A stretch of 64,000 nt of DNA from assembly GCA_002269645.1 (NCBI GenBank), contig NIVC01001992.1, positions 124,001 through 188,000 on the forward strand. The letters are read 5' to 3'. A program made the translations under genes and the position numbers. A model generated the notes under the pieces. That model was not told the DNA's origin, searched no databases, and worked only from the letters and a program-made list of their open reading frames with translations. This DNA comes from Macrostomum lignano (Eukaryota). Position 1 is the first letter of the stretch, and every line of letters starts with the position of its first letter. Below are positions 1-11,134 of this stretch, one piece after another.

Positions 1-805
1 TGGAATCCCCCTGTTAGACTGGAATCCCCCTGTTAGACTGCAACTCGCCCTGTTAGATTGGAATTTCCTAGACTGGAATTTCCAAGTTAAACTGTCAGTC
101 TAGACTGGAATCCCCCTGTGGAGACAGGAATTTCCCCTGTTAGACGGGAATTCCCCTGTTAGACAGGAATTCCCCTGTTAGACAGGAATTCCCTGTTAAA
201 CTGGAATTCCCCTGTTAGACTGGAGTTCTCCCCTGTTGGACTGTAATGGCCCCTTTTAGACTGGAATTTCCCCTGCTAGACTGGAATTTCCCCTGTCAGA
301 CGGGAATTCCCCTGTCAGACTGGAATTTCCCGTTAGACTGGAATTTCCCCTGCTAGACTGGAATTCCCCTGTCAGACTGGAATTTCCCCTGTCAGACTGG
401 AATTCCCCTGTTAGACTGGAATTTCCCCTGTTAGACTGGAATTTCCCCTGTTAGACTGGAATTTCCGCTGTCAGACTGGAATTCCCCTGTCAGACTGGAA
501 TTTCCCCTGTCAGACTGGAATTTCCCCTGCTAGACTGGAATTTCCCCTGTCAGACTGGAATTTCCCCTGCTAGACTGGAATTTCCCCTGTCAGACTGGAA
601 TTCCCCTGTCAGACTGGAATTTCCCCTGTCAGACTGGAATTTCCCCTGCTAGACTGGAATTTCCCCTGTCAGACTGGAATTTCCCCTGTCAGACTGGAAT
701 TTCCCCTGTCAGATTGAAATTTCCCCTGTTAGACTGGAATTTCCCCTGTCAGACTGGAATTCCCCTGTCAGACTGGAATTTCCCCTGTTAGACTAGAATT
801 CCCCA
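1..805. repeat. Minisatellite, 19-20-bp unit AGACTGGAATT(T)CCCCTGTY, about 39 copies, in the intron downstream of the 840-1074 exon; runs off the window edge
   Basis: Tandem units read directly; degenerate at 1-250, homogeneous after that. Confidence 0.97.
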
Positions 806-839
806 GTTATCATCAAATGCGCCGGTCAGCCGCACGCAC

Positions 840-2481
840 CGGCCAGCAGCGACAATCCTGTCAATCTCCTGGGCCTTCTTCCCCTCGAACAGCACGATCT
901 CTGAGTGAGGCGCCTCGCCCACTTTATAGCCAGGCGCAAATTTTGGCAGTCGACGAACTCGACATTCGACTTCAAAATGCAGCGCCTCTCTGACGCGGTC
1001 TTTGATCAAAGCGGCCATCTCGTAGAGAGCCTGCGCATGCGGCACCCGCTGGGGAGCCTCCTCAGACATGGACTCTGCGGGAGGCGACAAACCGAGCGAG
1101 TGACTGGTTTTTTTAGTTTTTTTTTAGATTCTATGCTTCACTTGAAAATATGTGACTGGATTGAGTAAACTTGGTGAAATTATTATTTACATATTTATCT
1201 TGTATTCCCCTAATATTTATTGTTACACAATATTTGGTTCATATTACAGTGATTTGTAAATATTTTCAGCATACCAATAGTGAAAAATATAATATACTAA
1301 AATTATGTTCAATGTAAATGCAGATTAAAAAACTCGCGCGCATACAAGCAAAAGAGTAGGAGATGAATGTTGATGCAAAAAATTAAGATGGCACCTTTTG
1401 TGAATTCTGAAGAATCTTTTCTTGCTTGGAAGCTAAAATAAAGTGTCAGAAATTTACTTTTAATAATATAAAATTACTGAATATGTTTTTTTATTATTTC
1501 TGAGCTTTTAAATTTCAAAATAAATTGCTTACTCAATGAAATTAAATACAGGAGAGTTTTTATTTATTAATCGAGGTCAAATTTTCCTATAATTTAATGC
1601 TTGTAGTCGGTTTAATGGTAATTTGAATAATTATAATATGGCTACATATAAATCTAAAATCAATTCTGTTGTTTTACAATGACATTTTGATGGAAACTCA
1701 GCATACCAAACCAGCAAAATGTATGTCTACTAAAATTGATCAACTTTTTTACAACTACAACTTACAACTTATTACAACTTATTGAACAACTTATTCAACT
1801 TATTCACCAATATCAGCAAACTCATGACATACTTTCAAAAAGGAACTGAAAATTTTGAAAGGGTTACTCACCCATGGCATCCAAATCGACATCAACAAAC
1901 GAAATCGTTGTGTTTTGTCCATTAAGCTTAGTTGCAACAAACTCAGTGATCTTTTTATAATTTGCACTTGAAAATATGATCTGCTGGGCTTCCGAGACAG
2001 ATATTTTATTTTCTTTTGCAATACCAATTATAAAGTCGTTAAGTGTGAAGAGCGGCGGCTTCGTGTATCTGACGTCTTCATCACTTCGAATAAAATCAGA
2101 ATAAAATGGGAGTTGTCTTTTAGCTTCTCTAGGAGGTAGACCACCAGGACCTCTTGGTTTGTATGGCTTGAGAAGGTTTTTTCCGTAGACCCTGGAATGC
2201 GCGGTAGTCTGTCTAGAACTATACGCGCTATCTAAGACCCATTTCTTGTCTTCTTTTGAAAGAGGAAGCTGTCTAGCAACGTCAGGACCCAACGGCGCCA
2301 ATGATCCGCTTCTCTGAACGCTTGTGGGAGGCGTTTTTAAATTTTGAAAGTTTGTTGTTATCGGGCGTGAGAACTCTTCAGAAGGTTGCACCTTCTTTGC
2401 CGGTCTGGGGCGTCTCAGAAGAACTTTCTCTTCATCTTTATTTCCAGAACTATAATTACTTAAAACAACTGTTGGCTCCAT
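840..2481 (-). CDS. Unidentified protein, 5' part: exon 2481-1872 joined to exon 1074-840; gene continues beyond the left edge
   Basis: ATG at 2481. Donor ATG G|GTGAGT at 1872/1871 (phase 1) matches acceptor CCCGCAG|AG TCC ATG at 1075/1074 (phase 1), reading ...DLDAM-E-SMSEEAPQR... in frame. Next donor CG|GTGCGT at 840/839. No family recognised. Confidence 0.7.
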
Positions 2482-4074
2482 ACCTAGGCTCCAAGGCTAG
2501 GGAGCAATTTTTTACTGAATTTTTACTGTTAGGGTTGACTTCGTGGTTTTAAATACCTATTATAATTTAAGTTGAATCGCTTATAGACGCTAAGGATTTT
2601 TACTTAATTCAAACAAAAATAACGGCAAATTTAAAGCTGAGCGGCTAGAAACCACAAGAAAGTAAACTATAGAGTCTTTTTTACAAACACTTTAAACGCT
2701 CATAATTCAGATGTTACACACAATACTTACAAAAGCTTACTAGTGTAAGCAGTGCTATTTAACTTTGACTATAGCTTAACTTTATTTCATTTTTCAGATA
2801 AAGGAGTGATCAACTCAATGCAAATTGTTTCGTGGTTGGTTGGTTTATAAAGCTTTGAGTTATAAATATTGTTCTAGCTCATATTTGTGTTAATGGCTAG
2901 TACGATCAGAGATAAATATGTTCACACTGCCACAGGACTACTTGGCGCTAAACGATCGAGCATGCTGCAGAATACAATTCATCAGAGGGTAATTCCTCTG
3001 CTGAAAATCAGCTACCCACAAATTGCTTAAAACACTAAAATTTCTGTATAACAAAGCATTTGTTTTTGACACTTTTGTTTTCGTGTGCATCATTTAATTT
3101 GTCATTATTCAGGCTTTGCTTCGGCAAAAAAAGATATAATAAAAACCGATAATTTGAAATTTTTAAGACAGATTATCATAATTAGTTTTGCTTAATTCTA
3201 TAGTATTGTCCTTCCTCCTGCTTCGAGTAATATATCATAGACCAATTAGACTTCTCTAACAACTTGAAGTGCTCACAAAATTCCAGGCTCAGCTGTCGAA
3301 ATCAAGGTCCTATTGCCACAACATACCAGAGAATATGATTATGGGGATTCGAACGCAGCGAGATGCAACTGCTGTTTCAAAAGGCAGGCATATTTAAATT
3401 ATGTTTCATCAATTATGCTTAAATTATGCTTAATGCTGGCATTGACAAACAGAAATTTCCCTCGCAGCATTCTCCTGGTCTGACACTTCCGGCAGTCCCA
3501 GTCGTTCCGTTGCTGGACGCCAATTTGCTGCTGGGCCCCGGCAGATAGCAGGCCAGTCTGGAAGCGCGTCGGCGACGGGGATTCACCGACAAGTTTCGCA
3601 GCAACAAAAAGAGACACCGAGAGGAGAGGCTCAGGCTCGAAAAATACAGCGCAGGTTTGTGCTCTATACCGGTAGATATATAGACACGGTAGATAGATAG
3701 ATAGATAGATAGTAGATAGCGAGAAAGAGCGAGCGAAGCGAGCTCTTTCGAGCTTGCTTGCCGCAGCCAATCAAGCTGAATGCACGCACACAAGATCACC
3801 GGAAACGATTAAGGCAGCTGGAAAGCCAATGGGCGCGGTAAGCGCTTTTATCCAGAGGAACTACCTGCTGGAACCAGCCATGCCGAACGAAAATCAGACT
3901 ACTCAAGTAGTGCAAAAGAGTGCGAGCAACTACCGAGAAATCTAATTTTCGTAACCGCTCCGGTGCAGGTCCTGGCAATAGATGGTAGATAGCGAGAAAG
4001 AGCGAGCGAAGCGAGCTATTTCGAGCTTGCTTGCCGCAGCCAATCAAGCTGAATGCACGCACACAAGATCACCG

Positions 4075-4503
<429 letters not shown>

Positions 4504-6399
4504 AAATCAACCTCAATCGCCGACCCCCCGCAGGCCCCCAACGCCCATCCAGGATGTGATCTCGCACAGGTACCAGACTGATTGGATTCGCGATCAGGTG
4601 CGCCGAAGTGAGGCCAAATCAGCCGCTGCGGCAGCCAGGGTAAGCCAAAAAAATTATGAGTTTTTATGCGTTTGAAGGCCCTACTGTTAGTAGTATGCTT
4701 TGAAGAAAATATTGGTATAAAATTGTTTAGAATCCCTAATTTTCGGCACTGTCTAATTAGAAGCTGGCCAGTTTCCAGGCCGATTCTGCGATCAGAAAAG
4801 CAAAAATACGTGACAGTCCTTCATCTGCAGAAACTCCAGCATCTCGCGCAATAATAATTCATGACGCCCTTCTCCCACTCAGACTCTGTCTTCCTTCACG
4901 TCCTACTGCTAATCTCAGAATTCATCCTCGAGAGTCTTAAAGAAAGCGTTGAATCTTAAAATAGCTCGGAGGTGGGCGGTGCAATAAAAAAGAACCACGC
5001 ACTCGCACGTTTAACGGCTTTAGTGCTAGATCCTCACCTGGACTGCATCCGGGATCTCCCTCCTTCGAATTCGAGGTTTTCAAGTCAAAATCGGGGTCCA
5101 CAATAAATCATGCAAGAAATTGTCCCGTCTGTGTACTAATCCACTAGCGCCCCAATCCGACTTCTCGTACAAGCCTTGTACTTCTCGTCACCCTGCACGT
5201 AGATGGAGGACCAGTGGTGAACATATAAATAAAATTTGCTGAAGGGCTGTGCAGCACCATGGCGCAACCAGCGCTCTGAAGACAGTTTTGATCATTCCGC
5301 TGACTCCTGAGCCATACAAGCATGCCAATAATGTACGCAGGCACGCACTCATGCACACGCTTTCTAATCGTCAGGTACGTACACTAGCGTCGTTGGTTAA
5401 AATCGAGATCACGTGATTATCGATAGTTTTTTAATAATAAAATCGGAAACCGCTGCGCCCCGCTGTTGCAAAGGAAGGTCACGTGACTTGAATGGATTTT
5501 TGAAAAAATAGCTTCCAGTGACTCCTTATCTCATCTGATGTGATTGGACAGCCACTCCCTCAGCGCCTCTCCCACTCCTCTCTCAGCCAACCATTTGTCA
5601 GCCGTTCGAGACCCGGTCCTCCGTGCTGAGGACCCGCCCGACTCAGCCGACAACGGCTAGCGGCCTGCGGCAGCGGCGGAACTGACCAGGCAGGGTTTTG
5701 AGTGCCGCGTGTACCCTCTTCAGGATGAAGGGAGCTGGAACTGCGGCCTTCGTGATTGTATGGGGAGCTGGGATTCCTCATCAATGAGATGATTAATGCA
5801 AACGATTCTGTCAGTTGTCAGTAAAATCTGTCAGAGCCACATTTTGACGAAATGTTTTTTCGTCCTGAATCTCATCATAAATTATTTTGTTTAATTTTTT
5901 TTTCATTTTAATGACAAGTGCAAGACCTACAGAGCTGCCATTGATGGGGAGTTTCCACTTCTTGACTCGAATTTGCTTCGATCTTTTTTATTATTGCAGC
6001 AATTGTTTATGCTTTTTTATAGACTTTAAAGTAGACTTGTAGAATTCTTTTTCTTGCAATTTAATTTTTTTACGGCGGCTTCCGTATATATTATAGCTTA
6101 TCTTCCTTTTACCCCTGTCATTTGTGCAACTTATTGCTACTAGAATTTTGACTGCCACGCAACAGAATTGTATTTGAAAGTGTAGAGCCAGTAGCCTTAG
6201 ACACGCAAATATACACCATATTTAGCCGCAGAAAGCATTGCTTTTCAGTTTCCAAATATTCAAACGACCTCGTTCTTTGTTGTCTGGCTTAATCCATTGG
6301 TAGAAAATTGATTGCTGCTTTGAGACTTGCTTCTGCCGCTAATGACACGCAGCCCTCACACCGGCAAGGGCTGGGCTGAAGACCCTTTGCTATTTGTAC

Positions 6400-6610
6400 A
6401 CCTCTTTCCTCACTCTTCTCACCTCACTTTTACCTCTCTTCTTTCACCTCTCCTCTCTCACCTCTCCTCTCTCACCTCTATTCTCTCACCTCTCCTTTCT
6501 CACCTCTCCTCTCTCACCTCTCCTCTCTCACCTCTCCTCTCTCATCTCTCCTCTCTCACCTCTTTTTTTCTCACCTCTATTCTCTCACCCTCTTCTCTCA
6601 CCTCCCTTCT
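6400..6610. repeat. Pyrimidine-rich CTCTCAC-type low-complexity repeat
   Basis: Seen directly. Confidence 0.85.
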
Positions 6611-7319
6611 TTAAGCTTTTGTCTCCCGTCTTTCTCCCCTCTCAATCAGCTTCCTTTTTACAGAGGCCCGAACTTTTACGAGTATTTACCTTATCTCAGA
6701 CGACACACACACACACACACACACGCACACACCTCGAGCATCAGGTGAAAATCCGAAACACCGCACGCTGTTGAAACTTCACCCCGAGCTCCCAGCTCAG
6801 GACTGGTTCGGTTCTGCCATTTTGTTTATCGTCCTTTGCGCTTTGAGGATTCAATATTAATCTACTTTTAACGGGAGAATGAAATGCTGACTGCCACTCT
6901 TAAGCTCACCAACTTTGACTCTCGGCAAGTTCTCGTTGAGTGTTTTACCATGCACCTAATACGTGCTATGCATAATATGAATATTATACATTTACTATAC
7001 CATTTGCCGCACGCAGTGAAGAAGCTGGACCAGCCCCTGCCGAGATGAAGTCTCTGGTTCAGCTGCTTTTTTAAAAACAGAGCTGCTCACTCATTTCTCT
7101 GTCTCTGTCTCTCCTTCTCTCTCATCATGCTTTCGGTAAAGTTTTGCTTAACTTAAACCCTTCTTTGTGAAGTATGCACGTACTCGCATACGACGCGCGT
7201 ATGCAATTATACTTTCCAGTACATGTAGGGGAGATTGTTAGTTTATGCGGCTAAGGGCTCAGGAACCCGCCTAGGATTAGCCATGGCACTACGAGTAACA
7301 TCTTCCCTCCCTTTACTCG

Positions 7320-7640
7320 CCCTTTACTGTACTTTTACTCTCCCCATTCCCTTTACTCTCCGTTTACCCTCGTTTTACTCTCCCTTTACTCTCCTTTACT
7401 CTCGTTTTACTCTCCGTTTACCCTCGTTTTACTCTCCCTTTACTCTCCTTTACTCTCGTTTTACTCCCCCTTTGCTCTCCCTTTACTCTTCCTTTACTCT
7501 CCCTTTACTCTTGTTTTACTCTCGTTTTACTCTCCCTTTACTCTCCCTTTACTCTTGTTTTACTCTCGTTTTACTCTCCCTTTACTCTCGTTTTACTCTA
7601 CCTTTACTTTCTCGTTACTCTCCCTTTACTCTCTCTTCAC
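7320..7640. repeat. 11-bp-based pyrimidine-rich minisatellite (TTTACTCTCSY)
   Basis: Seen directly. Confidence 0.9.
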
Positions 7641-8224
7641 TCTCTTCATACCCTGTCTCCTTTCCATCTCTCTCTTCTCTTTACCCCTCTCCCCTCTCCC
7701 TCTCCTACTCTCCTCTCTTCCTCTCTACTGTCTCTCCTCTCCCACTTACTGCCCCTGCTATGCCTGTTTGCTACAAATACCCCCAGCCAAAGTTGGTCAG
7801 CTATCTATCTTACTCTCTGTCTCCAATTTCTTGGAAGCTAGCTCCATCTCTATCGTTTGCAATCGGAACCTTACTTTCAATTCAGTTCATGCCTCTCTCC
7901 TCCCCTCTCACCCAGCCAGCCGCGATTTGCCAGAGTGATAGATCGAACCCGAGCAGCAGCAGCCTGAGAAATGAAATAACTTAGCAATCATTTTAATTGG
8001 GCTTACCGAGGCTGTCAGTAGCGGCTCGCCTCTGAAAGTCTGAGCGGGGTCCAGTGCGACTCGACAGTAAGAGGCAAAACCGGAGACAAATATCTTATTA
8101 TTTTCTATTTAGCCGCAAAACCTAAGCGTTTGGGTTTAATTTAGTTGCCGAATAACTTTAGAGTGGCTGCGAGCTTGCAGCTGACAAATTGTACATGGAC
8201 TGATAACTTATAGTGTACTATTAG

Positions 8225-8420
8225 AAATGGGATACGGATAGAAGGGAGTGAGTGAAGGGAGTGAGTGAAGGGAGAGTGAAGGGAGAGAGTGAAGGAAGAG
8301 AGTGAAGGAAGAGATGGAAGGGAGAGAGAGAGGAGAGTAAAGAGGATAAGAGGGAGAGAGGGAGAGAGGGAGAGAGTGAGAGAGGGAGAGAGAGGAGGAG
8401 AGGAGAGGGATAGAGAAGAA
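8225..8420. repeat. GA-rich polypurine low-complexity tract
   Basis: Seen directly. Confidence 0.85.
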
Positions 8421-9104
8421 GGGAGGCACAGAGCAGTCAGATGAAGAAAGCATCTTGAGCAGACTCCACTATACACAGGCCAGAATCGTACAGTCACAAT
8501 TTTTTTCAAATGCATTCTCAGATCAGCTGAAGTGATGCAGCTCAGCAGGCATTATTCAGCTGCTGGTCTCACGGCTAGTGTTTATTTCCCGAGCTAGCTG
8601 GATAAAAACTCGCCACTCCCAAAATTCAGCACGCGATGACGGAGTCAGAGGGGGGCGGCATACACAAAAAGCGCCGCACGGGCGCTTATATTGATGAAGC
8701 GGCGAGGAAGCTGGCTAGTCTAGGATAGAACAAAAGTACTCCGAGTTTGAAAGCAACGAAGGGGCAGGCAAATGCAGACGCATACAGAGCTTCATCTTCC
8801 AACTTAAATAACTGGCTACTTTGCATTGGCTGGATACTGTTTCAGGAAATGTAACTTTACGAGGGCATTGCGCTTTCATGCCTAACTAGCTGGTAATTAA
8901 TCGTATTAATCATTCTGACTCAATGCAATATTCAACGCAAAATTAGACATTGTCTCCGCTGCCAAATGCTGATATACAGCCCGAGAGTCCCTGCTGTGTT
9001 TGTCGAGTAATTTCTGCAAATGCAGATCTGGAGTGAGCAGGCAGACAGGGGCAGCCTGAGGGGCAGTTTCTAACCCTACTTCACCGTCTGCGCAGGTGGC
9101 TGTG

Positions 9105-9255
9105 GCGCCAAACACATTATGTTAAACACACACAAAGACACAGATTCAGTGCCAAACACATTATGTTAAACACACACAAAGACAGATTCAGTGCCAAACA
9201 CATTAGGTTAAACACACACAAAGACAGATTCGCCGCCAAACACATTAGGTTAAAC
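9105..9255. repeat. About 42-44-bp tandem repeat, about 3.5 copies (CCAAACACATTATGTTAAACACACACAAAGACAGATTC...)
   Basis: Seen directly. Confidence 0.85.
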
Positions 9256-9864
9256 CAAGTTAGGTACATAATCAGGGCGCACTTAATCCATTTAAAATTA
9301 ATCAGGTGAGTTAGATCAGGCAGATCATTTTTATACCTGGATAAAAGTATAAACGATTGATAGTTTAAAAAATTTCATACGGTTCCAGCAAAAATTCCTT
9401 TCGCTCTCAGATTGACTGCTTTTAATAAAATAATTCTCATTCTTTGTAGATTAAACTGCGGCTTGCGGCGGGGAGCCACTTTGATGTCTGATCATAAATT
9501 CAATCAGAGCTTTGACTCAGACGGGCACTGCATAAAAGCCTGGTTGGGAAAAACTGCAGTGAAAATATTGGTTCAGCAGTCAGCCAGCGGCTTCAATGCG
9601 TGAGCTCTGGCTATTGAAAATGGCACACAATAGGAGAGCTTCATATATGCCTTCAATCAAGCTATTCAATGAATTTCACTGATTTATTTGGTTTTTTCTC
9701 TGAACAAAACTGTTATAAAAAATTCAATAAGAAATTTTCAGCTGGGGTAAAAATGATTGATTGATTTCTATGCCTTATACGTTGCCTTGAGCCGAACTCG
9801 GGAAGATGTTTTGCAGCAATCTTACTTTAAATCTCACTGTTTCATTTCTTTATTTCTGAACTGC

Positions 9865-10770
9865 GAAGTGACTGAACTAAAGAGTGACTGAACTTCATAG
9901 TGACTGAACCATAGAGTGACTGAGCCATAGAGTAACTGAACCATATAGTAACTGAGACAGAGTGACTGAACCATAGAGTGACTGAGACAGAGTGACTGAA
10001 CCATAGAGTGACTGAACCATAGAGTGACTGAGACAGAGTGACTGAACCATAGAGTAACTGAGACAGAGTGACTGAACCATAGAGTGACTGAGACATAGAG
10101 TGACTGAACTAAAGAGTGACTGAACCTTATAGTGACTGAACTATAGAGTGACTGAGCCATAGAGTAACTGAACCATATAGTGACTGAGACAGAGTGACTG
10201 AACCATAGAGTGACTGAGACAGAGTGACTGAACCATAGAGTAACTGAGACAGAGTGACTGAACCATAGAGTGACTGAGCCATAGAGTGACTGAACCATAG
10301 AGTGACTGAACCATAGAGTGACTGAACCATAGAGTGACTGAACTAAAGAGTGACTGAACCATAGAGTGACTGAACCATAGAGTGACTGAACCATAGAGTG
10401 ACTGAACCATAGAGTGACTGAACCATAGAGTGACTGAACCATATAGTGACTGAGACAGAGTGACTGAACCATAGAGTGACTGAGACAGAGTGACTGAACC
10501 ATAGAGTAACTGAGACAGAGTGACTGAACCATAGAGTGACTGAACCATAGAGTGACTGAGACAGAGTGACTGAACCATAGAGTGACTGAACCATAGAGTG
10601 ACTGAACCATAGAGTGACTGAACCATAGAGTGACTGAACCATAGAGTGACTGAACCATAGAGTGACTGAACCATAGAGTGACTGAACTAAAGAGTGACTG
10701 AACCATAGAGTGACTGAACCATAGAGTGACTGAACCATAGAGTGACTGAACCATAGAGTGACTTCACTAA
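9865..10770. repeat. 16-bp minisatellite GAACCATAGAGTGACT with interspersed 14-bp variant GAGACAGAGTGACT
   Basis: Seen directly. Confidence 0.97.
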
Positions 10771-11134
10771 AGAGGGACTGATACTGAGACATAAGACAAA
10801 AAATTTTAAAATCAAACAGAAGAACCGACCACAATTTGCAGTCTTGAAAAGTAATAAATCGATTGCAAACAAAGTTTGACACAGTGCGTATTGTCTTTAT
10901 CGTGCTCCACAAGACACTATACAACAATAAATTTAATATTTTCAACAGTTATAGTTTCGGAAGTGACATTGTAAATATTTTTGCACGAAACGACACTACC
11001 TAAAAACTTAGTTATCACATTTAGTAGTGAAACAGCGCATTCACAGCGCCTTCGCAATTTATAAAATTCAAATCCAACGCAACCAGCTGGTCTATAAGTC
11101 CTCTGTTTCAAAAGAAGCTATCTTCAGCACAGCG

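Noticed and set aside
5724-5790. PLAC8-like WNCGLRDC motif after an acceptor-like site
   Set aside because: Match is only eight residues, the following cysteines are absent and a stop follows; not supportable without a search.
8020-8090. Hammerhead-ribozyme-like stretch
   Set aside because: The CUGANGA and GAAA core is not properly formed.
9834-10945. Several 60-300-aa ORFs (SVTLWFSHSMVQ)
   Set aside because: Translations of the 16-bp satellite.
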